From Octopus vulgaris (lineage: Eukaryota): a stretch of 64,000 bases of DNA. Where the stretch lies: NCBI GenBank assembly GCA_951406725.2, contig OX597822.1, positions 35,464,001-35,528,000 of the forward strand, read 5' to 3'. The position numbers and the translations under genes are program-made. Under the pieces are notes generated by a model. It saw nothing but the letters and a program-made list of their open reading frames with translations, was not told where the DNA came from and did not search any database. Positions 14,270-27,481 of the stretch are shown here, in pieces; positions within the stretch are counted from its first letter, which is position 1; every line of letters starts with the position of its first letter.

Positions 14270-14517
14270 GGGATGGTATTATTAAAATACAAGTGGCAAG
14301 CGAATTATCAGCCGTATAGACAAATTAATAAAATATATACATACAATATTAGATATGTACATATATAAACAAGGGTACTACATGAGTAAGACATTATCAT
14401 TGTTCACTGATATTTTTTCCTATCTTGTCTGTAATAGATTTGTGACTATTCGGTGGTACAGAAGTATTTTTTGACTTCTATCATTAGCGATATAGGTACT
14501 CATGTAGTACCCTTGTG

Positions 14518-14567
<50 letters not shown>

Positions 14568-14769
14568 ATGTATCGAACGCAAGGAAGAACTTGGATAAAT
14601 TGACAGTCTAAGTTGGACAACAGTTAATTCCTGTGCAATTTGCTTATTAATTATTGAATGATCAACGTGTAACGCATATTGTATTATCAGAAAATTCTAT
14701 TTGATAGCTATAATTTAAGTATTTCTGCAATATTTAAACAATGCAAATAAACGTATTTTATCCCTCCGT

Positions 14770-14776
<7 letters not shown>
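12593..14776. repeat. Large inverted duplication: 12593-12806 ~ 14563-14776 and 12997-13256 ~ 14264-14523
   Basis: Near-identical reverse complements separated by (TA)n tracts. Confidence 0.9.
13721..14103 (-). mobile_element. SINE family A
   Basis: Reverse complement of 6389-6800, 5' end truncated at (TA)n. Confidence 0.85.
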
Positions 14777-14825
<49 letters not shown>

Positions 14826-14857
14826 TATATAAGTATATATGAATATATACATATATA

Positions 14858-15180
14858 GTACGGTATTATCCATACAATTTCAAAGTAAAGTGATTAAAAT
14901 CAGAATAAGTTACAAGGATATCTAGGGGTAATGCAGTACGATCGTTTCGAGCAACTCCATTTAATTGAACAATGCAATCATTGCATAAATTTAAATGCAG
15001 AGCAATCCTTAGCTGCATAAAGACATAGAATTTAATTAAGTTAAAACAGATGGAAACATTAGTATAATTTACCTAAAATCTCCAATGATTGCATTGTTCA
15101 ATTAAATGGAGTTCCTTGAAACGATCGTACTGCATTACCTCTGGATATCCTTGTTGCTTATTTTGATTTTAATCACCTTA
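14858..15180 (-). mobile_element. Fold-back PLE-type element in (TA)n, arms 14890-14983 and 15083-15176
   Basis: Diverged reverse-complementary arms, both containing gaaacgatcgtactgcatt. Confidence 0.7.
14931..15018 (-). ncRNA. Type I hammerhead-like motif (core CUAAGGA, probably inactivated)
   Basis: Minus strand: stem I atgcag/ctgcat, ctaagga, long imperfect stem II, GAAA, palindromic cgatcg, GUA triplet. Confidence 0.6.
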
Positions 15181-15223
15181 TATACATGCGTATATATATA
15201 TTTATATCATTATTATTATCATA

Positions 15224-15229
15224 TTATTA

Positions 15230-15279
<50 letters not shown>

Positions 15280-15283
15280 ATTA

Positions 15284-15341
<58 letters not shown>

Positions 15342-15700
15342 GGCTGCCCCCTCGTTATCGAGCATGGCCATTGCACGAAGCTTAACTGTTACTGGTGCTG
15401 TGATCGAATGTGACATTTTAGCCCAGCTAAAGATCTACGATGTCTTGTACAGAATTGGCAACTAAAATCTTTACCGGTAATAGCCGGCTGTAGTTGTAAC
15501 TGGGCTTCATGTACCTTTGCATGTCGTTTAAGTCCCCCTGCCGAATTACACTCTCTTCCACATGCCCGATAGATATGATTAGTATGATGTGTTACACCAC
15601 CACCAGTGGCCAGGTTGTCACTCATCTGTCTCGCTTTATGACTACGAAGATGACTCTTGAGTCCAGCTTTACTGTTATCTTCTTGCACAGGCATTGCACG
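15224..15700 (-). mobile_element. 3' end of an RTE-like LINE encoding three C2H2-type zinc-finger repeats, with (TAA)n tail
   Basis: [12 protein letters not shown], (Y)RACGRECNSAGGLKRHAKVH, CQFCTRHRRSLAGLKCHIRSQH, then stop, about 45-nt UTR and (ATA)n. Confidence 0.6.
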
Positions 15701-15734
15701 ATAATAACATTGATTGATTGATTAAATTGATTAA

Positions 15735-15808
<74 letters not shown>

Positions 15809-17260
15809 TATATGAATATATACACGTATATGTAATATATGTGCATATATAAATATTTGCAGATATATACAAGTAGCAAAAAGCTATCGATCTCTTTTGA
15901 GGCAGTGGAGAGAACAGGCACTGATTCTGTGATGAATCTCCAAAGAGAAATAAAACTAGTCACGCAAATACTAATTTTTTCTTCTCATATTTGTTTACAC
16001 TTCTTTATATTTTGTATCAAATTTAAAATTGCAGATATAACATATTAAGATTTCTGATTAATCAATAAACTTTATGAAGATCATAATTTAGTTAATCAGA
16101 AATAAATGTTTTTCAATTACGTATTGTTGAGTAACAGGTTAATCTCATCGTCAGATTATATTTCATTTTCACGATTAAGCACACATTATATATGCAGATC
16201 ATTTATGGTCTCCGTATCACCTGATGGTTTAGAAGTTCACTTCGCAATCGGTTTCGTTTCCATTGCATGGTATCTTGGAAAAATATCTTGTAGATGGAAA
16301 CTGAGAGGAATCCAGTTGAATAGGATTGAATTGGGAGGAGACTTGTTGAATGGGATTGAAGAGGAATCCCGTTGAACTGAAGCCATCACTTTGTTACCCG
16401 TTCTACCATGTGGATTCTCTCTGAGATCTACGTTAATTTTAAATGTGTTTGTGCAGTATTCGGTCATTTACCCGCTAATTCAATCAAAAGAAAATTAAGT
16501 CGATTAATGATCTGAATCCTTGTCGTCAAAAACGACGAAGATCCATTGTTATAGATGCTTCCATACAATTTCATAAAAAAAACTCAAAATATCCATGAAC
16601 AAGGCTTTTGTTATTGCAGTCAAAAGACTATGGAAAGTTTTTGACTTCTATCAATAAACTTCCAATATTAACATCCATTAAAATTCATGTTCTGTATTAC
16701 TAATATAGAGTCTAGACATATAAATATTAATTAGATATTCTGTTAGTAACATACCATATAACTAACTTAATATGTTTTGATGAAATGTAATCTTAGCTAA
16801 TACCCAGACAATCTATTAATCAAATTTTACATAATAACTGAATGAGTAGTCTGTTGTGTAATATAAAGTGACGTGTTTCAAGTTTGAATTTCCATAACAA
16901 ATAACTTTAAAAGATAGAATTTTATTACTTAATTATTTAGTATTAAAATACCAAATTGAATTATCTTGAAACACAACCAGTAATATACATTATACCTGCA
17001 AGGCAAATGTTGGCATGGGGAAGACAGTAAAAACTGTCGGTTTGCTCGCCGGAGATCCCGCCAAAACAACAGAGCCTTAAAAAGAAAAACTTCCTGAGCA
17101 GAGTCCGAAGATCCCATTGTAACATCAAAGTCTTCTTGAAAGTTACATCGGGTTCACCTATGTATGCTGTCTGTAAAGTATTCCGATATATTGAAATATA
17201 TTAAGAGCACTGACTTTTGAAATTTGCCCTCTATTTCTTGGTTATATATATATATATATA

Positions 17261-17661
17261 GGTGCATGAGTAGCTGTGTGGTAAGTAGCTTGCTAACCAA
17301 CTACATGGTTCCGGGTTCAGTCCCACTGCGTGGCATCTTTGGCAAGTGTCTTCTGCTATAGCCCCGGGCCGACCAATGCCTTGTGAGTGGATTTGGTAGG
17401 GGGAAACTGAAAGAAGCCTGTCGTATATATGTATATATGTATGTGTGTGTGTATTTGTGTGTCTGTGTTTGCCCCCTTAGCATTGCTTGACAACCGATGC
17501 TGGTGTGTTTACGTCCCCGTCACTTAGCGGTTCGGCAAAGAGACCGATAGAATAAGTACTGGGCTTACAAAGAATAAGTCCCAGGATCGATTTGCTCGAC
17601 TAAAGGCGGTGCTCCAGCATGGCCGCAGTCAAATGACTGAAACAAGTAAAAGAGTAAAAGA

Positions 17662-17662
<1 letters not shown>
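17261..17662 (+). mobile_element. SINE family A, full length
   Basis: Homologous to 6389-6800. Confidence 0.9.
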
Positions 17663-17717
<55 letters not shown>

Positions 17718-17916
17718 GTATATATATATACATATATATATACATACAAATATATATATATATCTATGTATATATATATGTATATATATATGTACATATA
17801 TATATACATACAAATATATATATATATGTATGTATATATATATGTATATATATATGTACATATATATATACATACAAATATATATATATATGTATGTATA
17901 TATATATGTATATATA

Positions 17917-17982
<66 letters not shown>

Positions 17983-17990
<8 letters not shown>

Positions 17991-18292
17991 GATAAAATTT
18001 TTTTGAAAAAATTCTATCAATGGCCAGCATATTAGAAAATATCTTCAAAGGTTAAAATTATAAACAACTTATAAACAAGGGCAAATATGCCGGAAATATA
18101 GACAAATCGTCAATAACCATATAATTTATTACTATAACCACGCGTCTTGAAGTAAGCCGACAGAAATTTCTAAAAAATTCCGTTATTATCGTATCGGTCC
18201 CAGTAGTAATAAATTATATGGTTATTAGCGATTTGTCTATTTTCGGCATATTTGGCATTAGAGTTTTTTCATTTGCCCTTGTTTATAAGTTG

Positions 18293-18297
<5 letters not shown>
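17983..18297. mobile_element. Fold-back element in (TA)n, arms 18063-18134 and 18203-18295 plus extension
   Basis: aacaacttataaacaagggcaaat / atttgcccttgtttataagttgtt and aataaccatataatttattacta / tagtaataaattatatggttatt. Confidence 0.6.
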
Positions 18298-18330
<33 letters not shown>

Positions 18331-19197
18331 TATAGATATATATATATATACATACATACATACATATATATATATACATACATATACATACATATACGTA
18401 TATGTATATATGCATACATATGTGTATATGTATATACACATGTATATACAATATATGCATGTATGTGTGTATGTATGTATGCATCATAGTCATAGAGTTT
18501 GCGATAGTTTCTGTTCAAATATCTTCAATAAGAGCCTATAATGATCCTGCCAGCGTTTTATTGCAGGAAAATTCAGATGTAATATATTTCTATGCGATAC
18601 CACAGTCTCCTTAATCACATTTATGTTTTACACAATATACATTTGTATGTGTGAGTTTACGTACATGTATATGTGAAGAATTTTATTACCCTTCTTGAAA
18701 ATAAGGTAGCATACAGGATTAGAGCAGCAATCTTTCAGAGAATTCATATCATAACACTTCGCTGTTATAAAGTCAAAAATTTCTTCACCTGTACGACCGG
18801 AGTGTCATCAGTAATTTGAACTGTAAGGCGAAAATTACTGGTCGCCGATAATATGAAACCTTACGTACCGAAAGCTAACAATATTTCTATTAAAAAGAAC
18901 TGAGAACTCATTGAGTATCTGTCGTTGAGTACTCGTTCTTCCAGTACGTTACTAATATGTATATTCCTATATATTTCACCTTTCATCTGTTTCAGTCATT
19001 AGACTATGGCCATGCCGGAGCACTACCTTGAATAATTTTTAGTCGAATGAATTGATCCCAGTACTTACATTTTGAAGCCGGGTACATATTCCCTTGGTAT
19101 TTTTTGCCAAAACTCTTCACTATGGGACGTAAACACACCAACACCGGTTGTGGATGACAAACACAGACACAGAAACACACACAGACACAAAGACACG

Positions 19198-19247
<50 letters not shown>

Positions 19248-19446
19248 AGTAGATGAATGAATTATCCTAGTATGGATAATTCGGTTAATCGATCCCTGGT
19301 TAGCAAATTCACGTCAGTAAAACACGGTTGAAGTTACATGCCAAGGGCAGAACCCCGTGTTCGTGTGTGGAAATTTGTGTGTTTTTTTTTATATGAATAA
19401 ATGAAAAGAATGAGGTCGAACGAAGATTTTAACAAAATTCCCTTAC

Positions 19447-19527
19447 TTTCGACATATGTTTCGAAGACTGCATACTCTTAATTCCGAAGGAATGAAGGTT
19501 GCATTATGCTGTCTTCTCATCAGGAAA
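19447..19527 (-). ncRNA. Type I hammerhead ribozyme (canonical core)
   Basis: Reverse complement of 20152-20232. Confidence 0.85.
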
Positions 19528-20151
19528 TACAAGGAACCTCTATCAGCCTCAAGACGAACAAAAGCTTCTTACTGTCTGCCTACATGGTTTCCACCGTGAT
19601 AATGAGTATTTATTTAAAATAATCCGTTATAAGCAATGACGTTAAAATGGGTTGGAAGGAGGAAGTTTTAAAAAAATAGGAAGGGGACAGTATGTATGCT
19701 GTATGTATGGGGTTTGACGGGTGTTTGTTTTGTTAATGAGTTTGAGTGTGTGTATGAGTGTGTGTATATAACTGCATCTGTGTGTGTGTGTGTGTGTTTG
19801 CAAATGTATGTGTGGGGGACAATATATATATATATATTTGACAATTGTCCCCCCACACATACATTTGCAAACACACACACACACAGACACAGATGCAGTT
19901 ATATACACACACTCATACACACACACAAATACTCAAACTCATTAACAAAAACATACACCCGTCAAACCCCATACATACAGCATACATACTGTCCCCTTCC
20001 TATTTTTTTAAAACTTCCTCCTTCCAACCAATTTTGACGTCATTGCTTATAACGGATTATTTTAAATAAATACTCATTATCACGGTGGAAACCATGTAGG
20101 CAGACAGTAAGAAGCTTTTGTTCGTCTTGGGGCTGATAGAGGTTCCTTGTA

Positions 20152-20232
20152 TTTCCTGATGAGAAGACGGCATAATGCAACCTTCATTCCTTCGGAATTA
20201 AGAGTATGCAGTCTTCGAAACATATGTCGAAA
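20152..20232 (+). ncRNA. Type I hammerhead ribozyme (canonical core)
   Basis: tttc-CTGATGA-gaagac.gcata...tatgc.gtcttc-GAAA-catatg-TC-gaaa; predicted cut after 20228. Confidence 0.85.
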
Positions 20233-20281
20233 GTAAAGGAATTTTGTTAAAATCTTCGTTCGACTCCATTCTTTTCATTTA

Positions 20282-20320
<39 letters not shown>

Positions 20321-20972
20321 CGCGTTTCTTCCAGTTTCCATGTATCTATGTATGTAAGTATGTATGTGTGTGTACGTATGTGTGTGCATTTGTGTGTATG
20401 TATGTTTGTATGTATGTATGTATGTATGTATGTATGTATGTATGTATGCATAGGTCTCCTGGGTATAGATGTCTTCAGATCCGTATTAGATAATACTTTC
20501 TTCAGAAGACAGTAGAGCATTATTTCAGGAAGACTATTTAACTCTTCCTATCACATCGAGCGACTATATAGATCCTCTCTCTTTGCCACGACGCACCTTT
20601 TGATGGCGGTCAACAACAATTGAGTGTATAGAAGACACAAGGAATTTTCCAGTCAAGAAATGTTAATAGTTATAATCATTTACATCTATTTACATTTAGA
20701 ACGTAAATGATGGGTGTAGACTCGTAAATAGAAAGCGTTGGCGAAACGGAGTTTTACTAACTGCGTCAGAGACCCCGCCATGTTTCATGTTCGCGTGTTT
20801 TAAGACATTAAGTAATATAAACTATTTCCTTTTGTTACGAAAATGTCACATTTACATCAGATTAATTTATAACTAAAGAATCACTTATGTAAAACGCAGT
20901 TTATAATTTATAACATATACTTTGATAATAGCGTGTCAAAAATATTATAACAACTTATGATAGAAATTGTCG

Positions 20973-21024
<52 letters not shown>

Positions 21025-21321
21025 ATGTATGTATGTATGTATGTATGTATGTATGTATGTATGTATGTATGTATGTATATGTACATGAGTACGTTATTTG
21101 TATTATGTATCTACATATATGTGATTGTTATTGTATCAGTGTTTGTGTGTGTGTGTGTGTGTGTGTGCTTGTATGTGTGTGCGTGTATGTTCGTGTGTGT
21201 GTGCGTATGTACAAACGTTGAGCATAGTTTCTCTTTTGCATAGAAATTGTCGGAGTATAATTACACGCATGCCATACATATCTGAATATATATACATACA
21301 TATATATATATATATTTATGA

Positions 21322-21393
<72 letters not shown>

Positions 21394-21414
21394 ATATGTA
21401 TGTATATATGTATG

Positions 21415-21448
<34 letters not shown>

Positions 21449-21556
21449 TGTATGTATGTATGTATGGAAGTACGTATGTATGTGTGTGTATGTACGTAAG
21501 TATGTATATATGTAAATATATGATAAAGAGAAAGAATGCGTCGAGGGAAGAGAGAC

Positions 21557-21587
<31 letters not shown>

Positions 21588-21844
21588 GGCAGACAGGTAG
21601 ACAGACAGACAGATGGATAGACAGACAACTTATTAAATGTTTAAATCTCGAGAAACAGCATGAGTATCTGTTAAAATACATTAAAAGATGAAAAGCATAT
21701 TTCCCTATGTGTTATGCTAGAAAAATAGGTAGGTATTTAATCTAAGAGATAAGTAAATTTACATGAATCTTTTCCAGTGATGGTCATGGTGATAATGATG
21801 ATGAGAAAATGTAATTGATGATGAGAAGGATTTAAAAAATAATA

Positions 21845-22450
21845 ATGACTTCAAATTTTGGCACATGGCCAGCAATTCCAGTGTAGGAGCTTAGTCGACT
21901 CCAGTACACAACTGGTACGTATTTTATCGACTCGGAAAGGATGAAACGCCAAGTCGACCTGGGAGGAAACTGAACACAGAACGTAAAGACGGACGAAATG
22001 CCGTTAGGTATTTTCTCCGGCCGAGTAAGGATTCTGCTAATTTGCCAGCTTCAGAAATATTATTAATCCCTTCTAAGGTACCGAGCTGGCAGAATCGTTA
22101 GCACGCCGGCGAAATGTGTAGCGGTATTTCGTCTGTCTTTACGTTCCCGGTTCAAATTCCGCCGAGATCGATTTTGCCTTTTATCCTTTCGGGGTCGATA
22201 AATTAAGTACCAGTTGATTACTGGGGTCGATCTAATGTACTGGTCCTTCCGCCTAAATTTTGGGCCTTATGCCTAGAGTAGAAAAGAATATCAATCGTTT
22301 CTAAATTTGGCACACGGCCAAAAGTTTTGCGGAGAGGCGGGGATTCGATTACATCAGCCCCAGTACGCAACTGGTACTTATTTTTTCCATCCCGAAAGGA
22401 GGAAAGGCAAAGTTGATCTTGAGAAGGCATTGAACTGAAATGAGAACGTA
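21845..22450. mobile_element. Cluster of three family B SINEs (-, +, -)
   Basis: About 21845-22050 (-), 22080-22290 (+) and 22295-22450 (-), homologous to 10291-10657. Confidence 0.75.
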
Positions 22451-22652
22451 ACTACCGCTGAGTATTTAGCTCTTAGGTTCCTGCGAAAAACTATCAACGA
22501 ATAATTGTTTCTAATATAAAGAAAGGGACAGAAATAAATAGGAAGGGAATAAATCCATTAAATCTAGTGCTTGGCTCATACTTTATTTTCTCGCCCCTGA
22601 AGGATAAAAGCTAAAATTGACTTTGGTGAGGTTTGAACTATCGCCTCACTGT

Positions 22653-22853
22653 TTACTCTTTACTGTTTTACTTTGTTCAGTCATTTGACTGTGGCCATGC
22701 TGGAGCACCGCCTTTGTCAAGTAAATCGACCCCAGGACGTATTCTTTGTAAGCCTAGTACTTATTCTATCGCTCTCTTTTGCCGAACGGCTAAGTTACGG
22801 GGACGTAAACACACCGGCATCGGTTATCAAGCGATGTTGGAAGGACAAGCATA

Positions 22854-22917
<64 letters not shown>

Positions 22918-23092
22918 CATATATATATACGACGGGCTTCTTTCAGTTTCCGTCAACCAGATCCACTAACAAGGCTTTGGTCGGCCCGAGGCTATAGTAG
23001 AAGACACTTGCCCAAGGTGCCACGTAGTGGGACTGAACCCGGAACCATGTGGTTCGTAAGCAGGCTACTTACCACACAGCAACTCCTACACC
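22653..23092 (-). mobile_element. SINE family A, full length
   Basis: Reverse complement of 6389-6800. Confidence 0.9.
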
Positions 23093-23095
23093 TGT

Positions 23096-23134
<39 letters not shown>

Positions 23135-23539
23135 GTTTGTAATTCAGGTAGAAGGCCAGAAATTCTAAGTAGGGTGATAAGTTGGTTGCAACGACTCAGC
23201 ACGTCGTCGTTATTTTATCATATCGATCACATAAGTAAGTAAAGCACAATTTACCACAGTAGATTTTGAATCCCGAAGGTATAGAGCCTAAGGTAATACT
23301 GCGAGAAATTGGGGCTTTTTTTAGGTGTTTCTTTTTCCTCAGAAGCGCTAGTGACTGCCAGTCCGCCACTCTAATAACAATTGCTTCAAATTTTGACACA
23401 AGGCCAGTAATTTTTTTCTGGGTGGGTGGACAAATTGATTACTTCCTCCCCGGCACATCTCTGATGTAAATATTTTATCGACCGCGAAGGAATGAATGGA
23501 AAGCTGGACCTTAGTGAAATTTGAAATTAGAACGCATTA

Positions 23540-23770
23540 AGGTGAGAGTAGAGAGGGAAGTTTTGTCTAGTGAATGTTTCAAAAAAAGATGGGTGAATGT
23601 GGCAAGAATAGCAGCTTGAGCATAATCCTATTAACAAAAACAAACGAAAGGAAAAAAGAGAGCCACTTACTGTAATGTGTTTTCTTTTTGCCTGACTATT
23701 GCTCAAGGTTTCCGTTGTCTTTTCCGTAGGCTTTTCTATCCACGGACAAACCTAATCTGTTTTCCCTTTT
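23540..23770 (+). mobile_element. Fragment of the Tx1-like LINE 3' region
   Basis: gtgagagtagagagggaagttttgtctagtgaatg...gatgggtgaatgtggcaag matches the reverse complement of 26290-26365. Confidence 0.7.
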
Positions 23771-23960
23771 TACATTGACATTACCGCTAAGCATTTCGTC
23801 TGACATCACCCCGCCGCCTCCGATACTCCCACTAATAATTCTTTCAAATTTTCGGCACACGGCCTGCAATTTTGATGGGAGAGGAAGATCGATTACATCG
23901 ATTCCAGCACTTATTTTATTATTTGTAACAGTGAACTTCTTAACTGGCTCATCAAAGTAT

Positions 23961-24077
23961 CGTGATCTTCATAGAACTTCTAGTTTTTCTTCAGGATAAA
24001 GTTATGTTGGCATCAGGTGCCTCCTCTTTATAAGAAGACAATACCATTACGATTAGTATAAAATTTCCCTCCGTAAT
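23961..24077. repeat. Dispersed repeat, second copy at 29202-29318
   Basis: ttttcttcaggataaagttatgttggc...agaagacaatacc...gattagtata.aatttccctcc in both. Confidence 0.75.
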
Positions 24078-24159
24078 TTAAAGACAAATTTGACTTCAGG
24101 AACGTTTGTGATGAGAGCACAACGAGTAAGAAGAAGTGCTGCAAAGCCCAAGTAATAAT

Positions 24160-24515
24160 CATTTCTATTAAAGGCACAAGGCCTGAAGTTTGGTGGGGGC
24201 TGCCAGTCGATTAGATCGGCCCCAGCACGCAACTGGTACTTGATTTATCGATTGCTAAGCATTTCGCGCGGCGGGCTAACGTTTCTACCATCTCACTGTC
24301 TTAATAATAATAGTAATAATAATGATCTCAAATTTTTGCCACAAGGGCATTGGGTTTAAGTCGATTACATCGACACCAGTGTGTAATTGGTACTTAATTC
24401 ATCGACCCCGAAAGGATGAAAGGCAAAGTCGAATTTGAACTCAGAACGTAGCGACAGACAAAAGACAGCTAAGCATTTCGCCTGGCGTGCTAACGATTCT
24501 GCCAGCTCGCCGTCG
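24160..24515 (-). mobile_element. Two family B SINEs
   Basis: Homology to other family B copies. Confidence 0.7.
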
Positions 24516-24878
24516 CCACCCTAGTAATAATGGCAATGAATAATAATGATAATTTCTAATTGAGTCACAAAGCCGTAAATTTGCAAGGAGAGGATTATAT
24601 CATCGCCAGTACCTGGCTGGATCTACATAGAAATGGTGAGTATTGTGTTATAGTTTATTAAGAGGGAATGATCTCGACTGATGATTCGTGTTTACTATAA
24701 AGTTTTGATTTCTGATTGAATTTAGTTTCACCTTTCTTTTATTCTTCATATCATTGGACAAGACAAAAATATCTGAAAATACTATGTCTTGTACTTTTAG
24801 AACTCAGATAGCTTGAAGAAATATCACAAGGTATTAAGTCCCAACGTTTTACATTTCCTTCAATACTAGTACATTTTG

Positions 24879-25143
24879 TGGAGGCGCGTGGTTTAGTGGT
24901 TAGGGTATCAGCATCATAACCGTAAGATTGTGGTTTCAATTCCTGGACCGGGCAACGCGTTGTGTTCTTGAGCAAAACACTTCATTTCACGATGCTCCAG
25001 TCCACTCAGCTGGCAAAAATGAGTGACCCTGCGATGGACTGGCGTCCCGTCAATCTGGGGAGAACACATACACCATTGAAACCGGGAAAGCGGACCCATG
25101 AGCCTGGCTAGGCTTTAAAAGGGCGCATTTATTTATTTTATTG
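24879..25143 (+). mobile_element. tRNA/CORE-like SINE with Meta/V-like domain and 12-bp TSD
   Basis: ctagtacatttt at 24867-24878 and 25144-25155; ccctgcgatggactggcgtcccgtc domain. Confidence 0.85.
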
Positions 25144-25411
25144 CTAGTACATTTTATCGATTACGAAAGGATAAAAGGTGAAGTTGGCCTTAACGAGATT
25201 AGAACTTGGAGTGCAGACATCTGGAGCAAATACCGCGAATCATTATGTCCGCAGATTTAACGATTGCGTCAAGACACCTCCATAACTTTTATAATTGCTT
25301 CGAGTCCTTTCCTCTTTACAAAACGTGAACTGTCCAGCCAAGGTTAAAACGCAGAGCAGACTATAAACAGTTGTGACGATGATGATGATGATAATGATGA
25401 TGATGATGATG

Positions 25412-25446
<35 letters not shown>

Positions 25447-25647
25447 GCTTCGTACTCAGGTGTGCATTTAGCCTACAATTGAGAGCTAAACTCTCAGCAT
25501 TTCTAAAACGTTTGGTTAATCCTATCCAAACATTCGCCACTGAAAACAAATTATCTGTGTGAATACTTGAATACTTTTAATAGCTATAATATTGGCAGTC
25601 GGATCCTCATAACTCGAAACCAACGGTAGAATCCATTACAAATAGAT

Positions 25648-25791
<144 letters not shown>

Positions 25792-25805
25792 GGATGGATG
25801 GATAT

Positions 25806-25865
<60 letters not shown>

Positions 25866-26513
25866 GTTTCTTTATTGGCCACAAAGGGCTGCACACAGAT
25901 GGGACAAATTACAAGGTAGAGCTTTTCCTTTGGGGGATGAAAAAAAAAGTGGCATACGATCAAAAGGGATCGAAAAAGGGAAAAAAGAAAAAAAGAAAAT
26001 AAAGGAAAAGAAACAAAAGAAAGGAAAAATGAAAAAAGAAGAAAAAAGAGGAAAAAAGCGGAAGAGGAAAAAAACGATCAATAGGGATCGTGTATCACAG
26101 TGTCATGATGTACGGTGTAAAGGGGGAAGCAGATAAGGTTTATCCGTGTGAAGAAAAGCCTACGAAAAAGACCACGGTAACCTCGGTCAATATTGTTATA
26201 TGTTACCACATTTGTTTGCAAGTGGGTAACCCTCTGTTTTCAATTTCTGGGTTCATAGGATTATGCTCAAGGTGGCTTCGTCATTCATACGTGCCATCCT
26301 TGCTACATTCACCCATCTTTTTTTAAGACATTCGCTAGACAAAACTTGCCTCTCTACTCTCACTTTCCTTTTCAAGTGATACTTGAAGAAGTTGATGAGA
26401 GATTGACCAGAGATGAAAGTGTTTGTCTCCAATCCTTTCAGACGCGTCCACCAGATACATTCTTTCGCCATAGCCACAAGGATGATGAAAATAGCTCTTC
26501 CTTCCCGTTTGAA
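25866..26513 (-). mobile_element. 5'-truncated Tx1/L1-clade LINE inserted in (GATA)n
   Basis: ORF2 C-terminus ...IILVAMAKECIWWTRLK...KKRWVNVARM..., T-rich 3' UTR ending gtggccaataaagaaac; GATA-type arrays on both sides. Confidence 0.7.
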
Positions 26514-26948
<435 letters not shown>

Positions 26949-27430
26949 GTTTCTGGAAAACTAAATCATGCTTAATGGGAGAGAGAGAATATCCATTTAC
27001 GATCATTGAATATCTGGCATAGTCTATTTAGTAACAAACAAACGAAAATACATTCTGATAAAAATATATATTTGACTAGAATAGAATGTTAATGAATGTT
27101 ATCAGAAAGAAAGACTGCCGCAATGATGTTTACGTCGATTGGAGAGATTACAATATATTTAGCGTATGAAAACGTATTTATTGTGAATTTTACCAACTCC
27201 GTACATTCTTTTTTTACTATTAGAGATATAATAGGGCGTTGTGTGTTTTATATACATTGTCTGTATATGAAAAGTGACTTGCAATGTATTGTATTATTTC
27301 CAGACTCGGGAGAGACATGGGATGTGATGCGAAAGAGTAGACGATGGAATCAAGGAGGAAGAGTAAGGGGAGAGAAATTGTGAGAGAGGAAGGGAGGAGG
27401 GAAGAGAAGGAGAGATAGAGATATTGAATG

Positions 27431-27481
<51 letters not shown>

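Larger units (their letters stand above)
19245..20290. mobile_element. About 900-bp palindromic PLE 3'-UTR/pLTR insertion (arms 19391-19822 and 19844-20290) plus 145-bp extension, in (TA)n
   Basis: Near-perfect reverse complement with about 20-nt central loop; each arm has a hammerhead. Confidence 0.85.

Noticed and set aside
18135-18200. Possible hammerhead remnant (aagacgcgtg on the minus strand)
   Set aside because: No recognisable core or stems.
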